A DNA stretch of 64,000 nt from Chrysomallon squamiferum (Eukaryota > Animalia > Mollusca), in the NCBI GenBank assembly GCA_012295275.1, contig CM022675.1:10230001-10294000 (forward strand), written 5' to 3'. The notes beneath the pieces were generated by a model. That model was not told where the DNA came from. It saw only the letters and a program-made list of their open reading frames with translations, and ran no database searches. This document shows, one piece after another, positions 27,484 through 40,133 of the stretch. A program made the position numbers and the translations under genes. How positions within the stretch are numbered: the stretch's first letter is position 1; each line of letters starts with the position of its first letter.

Positions 27484-27883
27484 GTCTGTCTGTATGTATC
27501 TATATAGATAAATATAGATATATGTACACACCTCTCTTTCTCTCTCTGTATGTGTGTATGTGTCTCAATGTACATATACATACATACAAACATATGTTTT
27601 TATCTGTGAGTGACGTGTAATTTGTGTATCATTGTCTGTCTGTCTGTATGTATGTATCTATATAGATAAATATAGATATATGTACACACCTCTCTTTCTC
27701 TCTATGTGTGTATGTGTCTCAATATACATATACATACATACAAACATATGTTTTTATCTGTGAGTGATGTGTAATTTGTACATCATTGTCTGTATGTATG
27801 TATCTATATAGATAAATATAGATATATGTACACACCTCTCTTTATCTCTATGTGTGTATGTGTCTCAATGTACATATATATAC

Positions 27884-27951
<68 letters not shown>

Positions 27952-27955
27952 GTAT
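27484..27955. repeat. ~160-bp unit, 3 copies, plus (TA)n/(TACA)n
   Basis: tatctatatagataaatatagatatatgtacacacctctc recurs three times. Confidence 0.85.
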
Positions 27956-28126
27956 GAAGCACTATTAGTAACATAACAAACACCAATAATGCATCTACTA
28001 CTACACTACGATAGCGATCACCCCAGTAACAGTACGACTACATCAACTGCTTTTTATTCTCAGTAACTTAAAAACGTATATTTTGTAAGCAGAACTATTT
28101 TATAATCTATCGACTACACCTTAGAC

Positions 28127-28620
28127 CAATGCTTCCCAACCTTTCAAATATAGCGACCCATTTTAGAACAAGCAATCAGGAAGCGACCCCAATCCTTAAA
28201 ATATCTTATATATATATACATTCATTTTTTTGTACAACAAACTGCCATATATTGCGATTATTGAATTATAGATTATTTATTCGTGAAGTAACTATACATT
28301 CCGTAAATTCATGATTAATTTCAAATTTATTCATAAAAAATTCCAAAGCTCCTACAAACATTAATTAATTGCAAATCAATTCAAAATTATTCGAACACAC
28401 AAATTTCCACCGTTATGTAAAGTATGTTTATGAACTGAACTTAATGAGACGGCTGGTATTGCAGTTTTTTAGCTAGCAATTCTATCCTGGGCTCCGTTGT
28501 TGATATAGCACACCTCAAGTCGTCTTCCACATTTAATTTATTTCGGTACTTGTTTTTAAGGATGAGAAGTTGGGAGAATGCTGCTTCACATAAGTCAGTT
28601 GTTGGGAACGGCAATAAATA
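28127..28620 (-). mobile_element. hAT Buster/Charlie transposon 3' end (transposase C-terminus and TIR)
   Basis: Minus 28618-28441 reads LLPFPTTDLCEAAFSQLLILKNKYRNKLNVEDDLRCAISTTEPRIELLAKKLQYQPSH*, the ZBED5/ZBED8/FAM200-type dimerisation C-terminus. Terminus caatgcttcccaacctt at 28127, preceded by ccttagac (NTCTAGAN-like). Confidence 0.88.
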
Positions 28621-28699
28621 TAATTACTGCTACTAATACTGCTACAAAAGTATTATTATCTCTATTATTAGTAGTAATAGTACTAGTACTGGATTACTG

Positions 28700-28873
28700 G
28701 TAGTATTATTATTTATAATAGTTATTATTATTTATTATTATTATTATTATTATTTATTATTATTTATTACTATTACTATTATTATTATTATTCTTTATTA
28801 CTAGTATTATTATTATTACTGTTATTATTATTATTAGTATTGTTCTTATTGTTATTGTTATTATTATTATTAC

Positions 28874-28939
<66 letters not shown>

Positions 28940-28985
28940 TATTATTACTATTATTATTCTTATTATTCTTATTGTTATTATTACT
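28700..28985. repeat. (TTA)n microsatellite
   Basis: Direct inspection. Confidence 0.9.
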
Positions 28986-29010
28986 AATATTGTTTGTTGT
29001 TGTTGTTCAG

Positions 29011-29418
29011 TAAGTCATGGAGAGGAGTGTGCTGACTCGTGTGATGGGCGTTGCTATGGGAAACTGCCGAACCAGTGCTGTCACCCCGAGTGTGCTGGGG
29101 GGTGTAACGGAACCAAGAACACTGACTGTCTGGTGAGTTGAACTTTGACCTCAGACCAAACATTAGTTCACTAAACTGTATGTAACCCTGTCTGTTGTTT
29201 GTGATTGCATGTGTGTGCATTTGAAACCCAAATTTATTAGTAGTAATATTTATTATTATTATTATTATTATTACCATTTTTTAATTTTTTAACGCTTTTT
29301 TCAGTCTTGTCGTCATTTCCTGAATGAAGGTGCCTGTGTGCCCTACTGTCCCCAGCAGTACACAGATGACCTTGACCCTGGTAAGATGGTGCCTAATCCA
29401 GAAGCCAAGTTCACACTG
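29011..29418 (+). pseudogene. EGFR: Orphan EGFR/ErbB fragment: two exons (29011-29132; 29305-~29418) of furin-like cysteine-rich domain II
   Basis: Exon A: [40 protein letters not shown]|gtgagt. Exon B: ttcag|SCRHFLNEGACVPYCPQQYTDDLDPGKMVPNPEAKFTL. These match EGFR [54 protein letters not shown], with the same phase-0 intron after DCL. Exon B runs into a tandem repeat. Confidence 0.88.
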
Positions 29419-29998
29419 CATCAGTCTGTATTTACTGAGTTTCAGTATCAGTCTGTATTTACTGAATTTCTCAATAAGTCTGTACTTACTGAGTTTCTGA
29501 ATAAGTCCGTATTTGCTGAGTTTCTGCTTCTGTCTGTATTTCCCGAGTTTCTTCATCAGTCTGTATTTACTGATTTTCTGCTTCTGTCTGTATTTACTGA
29601 GTTTCTGTATTAATCTCTATTTACTGAGTTTCTCAAAGAGTCTGTACTTACTGAGTTACTCAATAAGTCTGTATTACTGAGTTACTCAATAAGTCTGTAT
29701 TTACTGAGTTACTCAATAAGTCTGTATTTGCTGAGTTTCTACATCAGTCTGTATTTACTCAGTTTCTGTATTAGTCTGTATTTACTGAGTTACTCAATAA
29801 GTCTGTATTTGCTGAGTTTCTACATCAGTCTGTATTTACTCAGTTTCTGTACCAGTCTGTATTTACTGAGTTACTCAATAAGTCTGTATTTACTGAGTTT
29901 CTGTATCAGTCTGTATTTAAACCTCTCAGCAGTGGCAGGGTATGTTTTATTAGTTTCTGTATCAGTCTGTATTTAAACGTTTCTGTATCAGTCTGTGT
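29419..29998. repeat. 27-bp degenerate tandem repeat, ~20 copies
   Basis: Unit approximately cagtctgtatttactgagtttcagtat; 9-aa periodicity in ORFs. Confidence 0.9.
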
Positions 29999-30042
29999 TT
30001 TATGTTTTATTGTAAACCTCTCATGTGTGTCAGGGTATGTTT

Positions 30043-30135
<93 letters not shown>

Positions 30136-30268
30136 CTGCATGAATGATACTAATCAAAATAACATATGCATTAATCAGACAAATGTAGATTGATAAAAAA
30201 AAAGTATTATGTTCATGTTGGGATGGCTAAAAACATTGTTTACTGTTGATGTTAAATATTTTGTGTAG

Positions 30269-30816
30269 GTCATTGCAGTATTGTTCAGTTGCTGTCTAGA
30301 AAGGGAGTTTATGTTATGGAGAAGGATGAATCAGCTGTACAGACACTGCAGACTGCACAATTCCAAGTTGTAAGTTTTTCAATCTTATTTTCATTTCTTA
30401 GTAAGTAAAATAAGTTTTATAGTAACAACTCTTTACTGATTGTAAAATAGCATAATAATAATCATTTGTTTCCTGTTGTTTTGTTAATTATTTAAATTAT
30501 TACCATTATCATCATTATCATTACAATGATTATACAAAGTGTATTGAAAATATTCCACACCCCTTTGTGTCTGAATAATCCAGTAACTGATAACAGCAAA
30601 ATTTTAATTTTAATAATAACAGAAACATTATTATTTATTTATAACAGTTTATTATTTTTATTATTTATTTTGTATTTCTTTTTTTCAGAATGCACATACA
30701 GCTCTAATTGATGTGTTGATGTTGGCTAGTGAAGTTGTTTCAGTAGAAGGTGTTGTCCAGCACTGAGGATAAAGTTTGTACTGCTGCCACTGGAAAAGAG
30801 AAAAAAGCCTGAACAG
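30269..30816 (+). pseudogene. Degenerate ankyrin-repeat-like exons (30269-30369; 30689-30816)
   Basis: tgtag|(G)HCSIVQLLSRKGVYVMEKDESAVQTLQTAQFQV|gtaagt, then ttcag|NAHTALIDVLML..QH*. Resembles GHxxIVxLLxxGxxVxxxD; splice phases are compatible; stop in the second exon. Confidence 0.45.
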
Positions 30817-30969
30817 GTGAACTCTTAGTTGTTCTTATGTATTTCTCATTATTCTAAACCTAATGAAGTTCAGTTTAAATTAATGTAGGAAGTTGGATTT
30901 TGTAACATGTACCAGTAAGTACACATGTACATACATTAGAATCTTGTATCATACACTGCATTTTAATTC

Positions 30970-31070
<101 letters not shown>

Positions 31071-32269
31071 ACAATACACACACACACACACAACACTTCC
31101 ATTCATATAAACCTGATTATTTTCTGTAAATTTCTATATTTTAAAATAAAAGAAGAAGAAGTATAATATTTTTTGAGTATTTTAAAATGTTTGACTTTCC
31201 TGTTACCAGATGGAACTGCCAACCTTCACACAGTGTCACTGTTCCTGTGATGACAGACACACTAAAATACACTGGAGATGGATGTACTGTAGCTGTTGTC
31301 TATAGTTTCTATTCTCTGCAGTCTCTCAATTTTCATGGTTTGTTTAACAGCACAATGTTTGTAAATAAAATAATGAATCAGGTTGTAGTCTTAATAACTA
31401 GTTAATCAACAAAATTCATCTTATAATATTAGGTCTGGTTTTCTTTTTTCTTTTTGAATATGATATATATGTAAATCTTTTGCTCTCTCTCTCTCTGTCT
31501 CTTTCTCTTTCTCTCTTTCGTCCAATCTCAGCAATATACTAAACTGTGGATTTAGTATTTGTTAAATGTTAGTATTTGGTTAATGGTTAGAATTTGTTAA
31601 ATGTTAGTATTTTTAATTGTAAAATAATATGTGTGTGTGTTTGTGTTTATACACGTATTCAGATTAGTATGTGGTAATTATTAGTAATTGTAACTAATTG
31701 GTTAAGGTTAGTATTTGTTAAATGTTAGTATGTTTGTGTGTGTGAGTGTATATGTGTTTGTATATATGTAAGTGTAGGTCTGTGTGTGTTCTGTCTGTAT
31801 GGATGTATGTATGTGTCTGTATGGATGTATGTGTGTGTCTGTATATAACGTTTACTACCTGGTTAATGGTTAGTATTCATGTTAATTGTTAGTATTTTGG
31901 TTGCATGTTAGTACTTATTAATTAAAATACAATACAAACCTGAGCCCACATCTCAAGGGTTATAGAGCTGCAAGGAGCATAACCAGCTTCACGTCAACAT
32001 CATCAACACAATCTCCTATAGCAAAAGGGACAGAATGTTATTATCACTGCAGATATTACCAACTTCAAATAAATATTTTACAAATAAATGTCTATATCTA
32101 TTACTGTTACTATCATCATCATAAAATTAAAAAATGACAGAAGGATGCCAGCTGAAGTTAAAGCACAATACACCTAGAGTAACATTGTAAGGTTTCCAAT
32201 ATTACACAAATCCTAGTACACGACCTATCAGAAGACAAAATTATAATAGAACAAATAAGATTTTCCACA

Positions 32270-33015
32270 CTAGAGAAGTAAATATACGACTGATATACGT
32301 AAATATACGACTAATATACGTAAATATACGACTAATATACGTAAATATACGACTAATATACGTAAATATACGATTGATATACGTAAATATACGATTGATA
32401 TACGTAAATATACGACTAATATACGTAAATATACGACTAATATACGTAAATATACGACTGATATACGTAAATATACGATTGATATACGACTGATATACGT
32501 AAATATACGACTAATATACGTAAATATACGACTGATATACGTAAATATACGACTGATATACGTAAATATACGACTGATGGGCCCAGCTGGAGAATGTCGT
32601 CTGACTCTTCTGAGTCTTTTCACTCTGAGAGGTGGCAATGTGTACATCTCGCAGTTTCCATCTCTTAAGTTGTACACGATGGCGGTGAAACTTTCAGAGC
32701 AAACTGGACAATTTTTTCTGCTTCTAGACCACCTCTCCAAACAGCTGAAACAAAACTCATGTAAACACGAGTCCGCATGACACTTATCTAAAAACTCTTC
32801 TGAACACAAAGAACAAATAGTTGACTTATCTGATTCAGGCTGTTGTGTTGATTCAGCAGTGCTGGGTGATGCAGATGTTGACATCCCTGGTCTTTCTCCA
32901 CATGCTGCTTTTACAGGGTCACGTTCGGAAATCTTTCGCCCTTTTGGAGGCTTTTCGGGGCACCCATCATCCTGTCCTTTCCGTTTCTTGGACGCGCTTA
33001 CTTTTCCTATTTCGT
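32270..33015 (-). pseudogene. Topors-like C3HC4 RING E3-ligase N-terminal fragment, fused in frame to the 21-bp repeat
   Basis: CSLCSEEFLDKCHADSCLHEFCFSCLERWSRSRKNCPVCSESFTAIVYN matches the Topors/ICP0-type RING (CPICLDRF..CLHKFCFRC..WSK.K..CPLCK..F.SI). The frame stays open ~45 codons upstream of ATG 32884; unique sequence ends at ~32578. Confidence 0.75.
32277..32578. repeat. 21-bp tandem repeat, ~14 copies, replacing the 3' part of the RING ORF
   Basis: atatacgtaaatatacgact(g/a); 7-aa periodicity. Confidence 0.95.
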
Positions 33016-34341
33016 ATTAATAACTGCAATAACATTGAAGGAGAAAACAAAATTATATATAATCTAAAAATCTATTAATTTTATTTCTGCTGTTAGAACT
33101 ATTTCTATTTTTATTTTATTTTTTAATGGCAGTACATTTTTTTTTCACTTATACGTTTTATCTGTTTGTTTTACTAAAGTTAATCTTTGCACAAGGATTT
33201 TACAAGCAGGGCGAATGTTCACACAATGAACATATAGCTTGGAACTGTGCATGAATTTATTACATAATGTCAGTTTCGTGTCTAAAATGACAGGTGTACA
33301 AGGTTTAAATTGTTTGTGGATGGTGATTTTAAAAATGTATTCAAAATAAATTAAAATCTATTACCAAACACACAGACACACACACATATTTAAGGTTTAT
33401 ATGTGATGTGATTTCATATAATGAAATTTATTATTTTATTTATTTATTTATTTTTAAGTTTTTGCGGTTTTATTGTGTCACAGCTTTTAAAACTTATATT
33501 TATATTTCAATTATTGTTATTATCAGTGTTACTTTTTCTTTATCTATATTATTGTTCTTGTTGCTTTTTGCTGTTGGAGGAGTTGTTAGGTACTCAAAAG
33601 TGATTTTCAGTCAAATTGTTCGAAAGTTTCGGATTTATAGGCTCGTTTAATATTGCCATTTTGAAGAAAACGTTTTATAGGCTCGTTTCATAATATGTCA
33701 ACTGTGTCTTCCAAACTCTGCTAACATTTATTTACATATAAAGTTGGCAAAATCATTCATTTGGTATTATATATGTATCTTTGAAAATTCATAACTTCAT
33801 TCTATTATAAATATAATTATTTTATTATTATTTATAACCGATACACACTTGCAGAAACATAATCAAAGATACTTCTGATATTGTGATTATTTTTGTAACA
33901 TTCATGAAATAAACATAACGATAAAGATACAAGCATCAGTAGAACTAAGTTAAAACAGTGGGGCAGACCAAAAGATGGAGCGCTTTAGAATACCTACAGA
34001 CAGACAGACTGACAGGGAGAGATTATTTAGATAGAAATATAGACAGATTTGCAATTCATAGCCAATTGTATGTTTGTAAGGGAATATTGGTTCGTTGGTA
34101 TTTAGAGTGGTAGGTATGAAGACGGCTGATAAATTACTAGAGTTTACATTAAATTGATATATGTGGATAGGTATAAAATTAAAATAATAAGACAGGTAGG
34201 CAGGCAGATGCGATTGATCCGACAAAGTGAAGTGAAGTGAAACAAATGAACGTGCTAATCAGAGCTAGCTGTTGTGAAGCACGTCTACGACGGGCTCGTT
34301 TTCTGTCAGCTCAGCGGGCGTGTCTGTCGCAGAAAAGAGTT

Positions 34342-34566
34342 AGAGAGTGGATAGAGAATGGATAGAGAGTGCATAGAGAGTGGATAGAGAATGGATAGAG
34401 TGCATAGAGAGTGGATAGAGTGGAGAATGGATAGAGAGTGGATTGAGAATGGATAGAGAGTGGATAGAGAATGGATAGAGAATGCATAGAGAGTGGATAG
34501 AGTGGATTGAGAATGGATAGAGAGTGGATAGAGAATGGATAAAGAGTGGATAGAGAGTGGATTGAA
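34342..34566. repeat. Purine-rich 11/13-bp repeat (agagtggatag/agaatggatag)
   Basis: Direct inspection. Confidence 0.9.
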
Positions 34567-34854
34567 GGTCTCCTATTCATTTATTATCTACATTTTAAAA
34601 ATAATAAAAAAACCACAAAAAAAAACAACAATAACCGGGTTAGAATGGTCTGAATGTAAGTACGTATAGTACGTATAATTTTGTTTTTAATTATTAATTT
34701 AATTGGCCATTCAAACTGATCCGTCAGTCAGCCGTTCCATCCATAGATCCATCGGCTGTTCAACCGATCAATCTGTAAGTCAATAAATTCATGTAACTGT
34801 TGTTTGTTTTTTTGTGTGTTAAAAAAAATAAAAAATAAAAAAAGTCTAAAGTTT

Positions 34855-37055
34855 GTGTTTTGTGTGTTGTTACTGCAGCAAGGACTTTCACGTTTGGTGC
34901 CAGGATGTGTTGGAGTGTGAACTCGATTTTTAGTTCCTGCAATGTGTTGTGTAGTGCTTGTCTTTCCTTGGTGAAATTCTGACAGTGAAACAAGTAGTGT
35001 TTCATGGTTTCGGAGAGTCCACAGCTGCAGTTGGGTGATGTGGTGATGTTATGTTTGTATCGGATTGCATTTAAGTTGGTCGAGTAACCAGTTCTGGCTT
35101 TGGTGAGATTGTTGTTGTGTAGTTTGTTGGCGAGTGTAATTTTGAGTGTTTTGGTGAGCGGTTTGATGTTTAAGTGCCATTTGTTTTTGGTGCTGTTCCA
35201 TTCGTTTTGCCACTGTTTGTCGTAATGTTTGGCAGCGATGGAGACAATTTCATTTATTCCGTAATGTATGTCTGTGCAGATGTCTTCGTCTTTAATGCTG
35301 AGTGACTCTTTGGCGTAGTGGTCGGCAAGTTCGTTGCCGATGATGCCGACGTGTGCTGGGAGCCACTCGATGATTAGTTGTTTGTTGTTGTGTTGTATGT
35401 CCTCGTGTAGATGTTGTATTCTGCTGAGTAGGTCTGGTCTGCTGGAATGTCCGGACTGTATGGAGATGACAGAACTTAGACTGTCTGAGAAGATGACTGT
35501 GTGTTTGTTGTTGTGTTGTATGTCCTCGTGTAGATGTTGTATTCTGCTGAGTAGGTCTGGTCTGCTGGAATGTCCGGATTGTATTGAGATGACAGAACTT
35601 AGACTGTCTGAGAAGATGACTGTGTGTTTGTTGTTGTGTTGTATGTCCTCGTGTAGATGTTGTATTCTGCTGAGTAGGTCTGGTCTGCTGGAATGTCCGG
35701 ATTGTATGGAGATGACAGAACTTAGACTGTCTGAGAAGATGACTGTGTGTTTGTTGTTGTGTTGTATGTCCTCGTGTAGATGTTGTATTCTGCTGAGTAG
35801 GTCTGGTCTGCTGGAATGTCCGGATTGTATGGAGATGACAGAACTTAGACTGTCTGAGAAGATGACTGTGTGTTTGTTGTTGTGTTGTATGTCCTCGTGT
35901 AGATGTTGTATTCTGCTGAGTAGGTCTGGTCTGCTGGAATGTCCGGATTGTATTGAGATGACAGAACTTAGACTGTCTGAGAAGATGACTCTGTGTTTGT
36001 TGTTGTTGTGTTTCACCCACAGCATGGCTCTGGTGATGGCAACCAGTTCGGCAGTGTATACCGAAAGGTGATTTCTGATGTGGCTGAATTGTATGCATGT
36101 GGGTTTGTTTGTGTGATATTGGGCTATGAAGGCGAATCCTACTTTCCCGTTGTCTGGGTTTTTGGATCCGTTGGTGTAGAGGTGCGTGTGTTGTTTGTAG
36201 TGGTCGTTTGCTGCTGCTAGAAATATAGCCTTTTTGAAGGGTGGTAACTCTGTTTTGTCTGTTTCTGTCTTGATGTGTGTTTATTGCTGGTTTAGTTTCT
36301 TTGTGGTATGCCGGCAGTGGCATTTCCCTTAATCCTGTTTCCCTTTCGATTTCGCTGGCCGTTGTCAGGAAATTCGATAGTAGTAGACTATGCGATTTGA
36401 AGAGTTACCCGGTTCTTTGGTGGTCAGGGACCAGATCCTTCACGGGGTGGTCTGTGTTGAGGGTGTGTATTTTCAGGCTGTATTTTAGTAACTGCAGCTT
36501 TATTCTGTATTTCAGTGGTTGGATGCTGTATTCTGACAGGAGGCTGTCGGATGGTGTTGTGTTTGGCAGATGGCAGATCACTCTAAGGGCGCTGGATTGA
36601 ATTACGTTTAGTTTTTTTAAAGAGAGTTCGGAAGCATTCGAGTAAGCCGTGGCTCCGTAGTCGAGCTTGGAGAGAATACATGCTTTGTATATCAAAATTA
36701 GCATTGACTCATTTGCTCCCCAAATGGTTCCGGAAATTAGCTTTAGAAGATTGGGTGGGTTTTTTTGCAGGATGCAATTATGTTGTGTATGTGGCATCCG
36801 AAGTTGAGTTGGCTGTCGAATGTTGGCTAGAAATTTGAATGTTTTGGTTTGTGTTATGACGTTGTTGTCGACGTTTAGTGTGATTTTGTTGTTGTCTGTT
36901 TTTTTGTTGAAAAGGAGGCATGCCGTTTTGGAAAAGAAATCTTTTTGCCCCATTTCAACGCCCAGTCGTTTATGTTGTTTAAGTCTTTTTGTATTTGTTT
37001 CTGTATTGCCGCGGTCGATCTGCCTGCCCACCAAAAGTGCTGTGTTTATTGGTTC
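34855..37055 (-). mobile_element. 5'-truncated RNase H-encoding non-LTR retrotransposon (I-group/Nimb/Ingi-like ORF2 3' half), decayed
   Basis: RT thumb (FSKTACLLF..KTFKFL; LLKLISGTIWGANESMLILIYKACILSKLDYGATAY); RNase H (LYTNGSK, YTAELVAI, VIFSDSLS, EWLPAHVGIIGNELAD); C-terminal CSCG..ETMKHYLFHC. Frameshifts present, and the first catalytic Asp reads Asn. Confidence 0.9.
35379..36010. repeat. 123-bp in-frame tandem amplification (5 copies) inside the LINE RNase H
   Basis: tcctcgtgtag at 35400, 35523 and onward; 41-aa unit HNNKHTVIFSDSLSSVISIQSGHSSRPDLLSRIQHLHEDIQ. Confidence 0.95.
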
Positions 37056-37057
37056 TC

Positions 37058-37842
37058 GCCTTGAAGAGAATTTCTTTGGAAATTCTTGAGCTCATTGTCA
37101 GCAAGATCAAGTTTAATTAAATGCTTCAACTGCACAATTGCAGGTGGCACATATTGCATGCTGCAGTTTCACATTATCAATATTCCTAACGAAGACGCCA
37201 AGTGACTGAAACAAAATGGTCTTAAAGAAATGTGATCATTACCAGACAGTATTAAAGAACTTAGTTTGACAATTCCTTTGAAATCAGGTTCCTTAATATT
37301 CCTGATGAGATTGTTTTCCAGATTCAACATAGCAAGATGTCTCATATTTGTAAATGCAGAAGGCACTTTACGTAAGCTGTTGGATTTGAGATTTAAGATT
37401 CGAAGCCACGCAAAACTATAAAATGCATGGTCATTTATATGTTTGAGGTTACAGTTGTCAAGTTCAATAAATTGCAGAGACAAGAGACTTAGATTACTGA
37501 AAATATTGTCGATCAGAATTCCAGTCTTTTGATAGTTGTATCCTAGAGAAAGTTTCTTTAGGTTCTTTAGACCGTTCAGAAATGTTAGTGGGTTTTTTAA
37601 AGGATATTTTGATACTTTCCAGATTTAGATACTGCAGCGTGTCTGCTAGATTAATAAATGCATCGTCTTCCAAATGTACGTAAGATTGTGCACCAAGTCG
37701 TAAACTGAGGATAGTTAAATTAGTTGGGAAATCGGATTTCTTTACGTGTTCTATGTAAGTGTCTTCAACACGTAGCTGGATTGGTTTTTCTCACTGATTT
37801 CAGAAGGTTTAGATCCGGAAAGGTATTGTTCACTTTTGGGCA

Positions 37843-37878
<36 letters not shown>

Positions 37879-37980
37879 AGTATTTTGGTGTGACTATTTT
37901 AACAGATAATGTCCAGTTGAAACGTTCTATAGTTAATAGACTCAAATTATTTATTATTTTAACAGCATGTTTTAAGCACA
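37058..37980 (-). pseudogene. Extracellular leucine-rich-repeat receptor fragment (TLR/chaoptin-like LRRs), disrupted
   Basis: LQFIELDNCNLKHINDHAF, LRILNLKSNSLRKVP, LAMLNLENNLIRNI, LSSLILSGN, then TGA (37169-37171), then NCSMQYVPPAIVQLKHLIKLDLADNELK. Upstream LEDDAFINLADTLQYLNL with frameshifts and a (TA)n insertion. Cut off by the LINE 5' junction. Confidence 0.82.
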
Positions 37981-37983
37981 ATA

Positions 37984-38222
37984 CAGAGAGAGAGAGAGAA
38001 AGAGATAGAGAAGTAGAGATAGAGAGATAGAGATGTATATAGAGAGAGACAGAGACAGAGAGGGAGAGAGATAGAGAGAAATGAGATATAGAGAGAGATA
38101 GAAAGAGCTAGAGAGAGATAGAGAGATATAAAGAGATAGAGAAAGAGATAGATAGAGAGAGAGGGAGAGAGTAATAGAGAGAGACTGAGAGAGAAATAGC
38201 GAGTGAGATAGAGAGATAGATC
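37984..38222. repeat. (GA/GATA)n purine-rich tract
   Basis: Direct inspection. Confidence 0.9.
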
Positions 38223-40093
38223 TCAGTGAGTAAAAGCTATTATTTTCTGTCAGATATATACTGTTAGTATTACGTATTTATTTATTTATTTTTAAATTTG
38301 AATAATAAATTTGCTGGAATCGGGTGTTTGTTAGACAAATAATATACTCGAGAGATTATGAAAATATTTTATGTCACGCACACATAAACACACTGGAAAA
38401 ATAAATCATGTGTGAAATTGAAAGACGATCTGGATAATACTGGATCTGATTAAGACAAAAAAACAGAATGAAAGAAAAAAACGAACACAAATAGTTGACA
38501 TAAAAAGAGGTTGGCATTTAATCACATCTACACACAGACACGCCAGTGTTGATAATTCTACAAGTTCAGTTTAACACAAGTTTACATTCTGTTTGTTTAC
38601 CGAGGCTAAACGTACTTAACTCTGTTTAGTCACGTTTTGAATCCACTCAGTCTGAAGTGTTTCACCTAAAACATTCGGGTCAGACCAAAAGGGAGTAGCA
38701 AAGAAAAAACTAAATAAGTAAATATAATAAAATAAAATAACAAAAGTAATGAATAGATATATTATTAATAGTATTAGTAGTATACGTTTGGTGACAGTAA
38801 TAGTATTAGTATCAGTAGCAGTAGTAGCAGCTGTTGTTGATTTTGTACAATCTTTTTATCTTCAAAACAAAAAGAAGAAAAAACAATTTTGCAAGATAAA
38901 ACAGAAACATACGTTAGCAGATGATGTGTATTCAGTTCTACCTTGTTTGTGATTATTATCAAACATATAACCTGAACGTCATTACTTTAGAACAGTTAAT
39001 AATAGCAGATATATTTGTATGTGGCAGTAGCGCGCGCATCTCTGATTTAACTCTGGCACGGACCGATGAAATATTTGGCCTCGAAGCACAACGACAACAA
39101 TCAGCTGATCACGTGATTCAGAAGGATCGCCTGACTGACACAGATAAAATACTTGTTTAATTTAATACTAAAATGCTGGGTATCAAATTTTATACTGTGT
39201 AGAGAGGAAGGACTTGGTTTAATTGCCTCAATTCTATTTCTATAAATGAAATTTTGAAAATGATAATAAATAAATAATAAAAAAATAAAAAAAATGTGGG
39301 ACTACCTCACAATATAGTCGTTATGTGAAGACTAAATGAAATCTCAGATGTTTTATTTTATGTTAATTCAAGTGATAATAAAATGTGGATTGCACAACCA
39401 ACACAATCCAAACAAAATATCAGATTTGGAAACTTTATTGTAGTAATAGTTTTTTGTTTTCCTTATGATTATTATTATTGTTGTTGTTGTTATAATACGA
39501 TATAATACTACGCACATCCGTTAGATAAATAACGCATCAACAGCTTAAGTTTATTAATTTAGAAACATATTTTTATAATAATACAAAAGAAAAGAAAAAA
39601 ACATAAATTATTCTCTGAGTCTGTGAAAGTTAATTTAAAATACGGAATCAGTCAATTGAATCCTAATCAGAGACGGAATCGCGCACAGGGGAAGCAGAAT
39701 AATTATGTTACTGTAAGTTTTAAGCTACTTATATATATATAATGACACAGATTACACTGCATAATGACGGCGTTTTCCTTCGTGCCCTTACATACTACAT
39801 TCCTGCAGAAATCATAGAAAATCTTGAAATGAAAGGACGAGAAAAGCCAGCCTAGCCTGAAAAACTGTAAACTTTGTTTATTACACAAAACTCGCCATAG
39901 TTAAACATCTTCATTCTTAAATTCAAAAACTACCTCTAAAAGTTCGTTGTTCGTTGTCGTTTTCCCGTGAAAGGGTATTATAAATGATTAAAGAGAAATT
40001 TAATTATTTATATATACTGGCAGTTTATTTATTTATTATATTCACTACTAGTACTATTACTACTACTACTACTATTATATCTATCTATCTATA

Positions 40094-40133
<40 letters not shown>

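Noticed and set aside
35292-36323. 343-aa and 245-aa ORFs overlapping the LINE
   Set aside because: Alternative frames kept open by the 123-bp repeat and skewed base composition.
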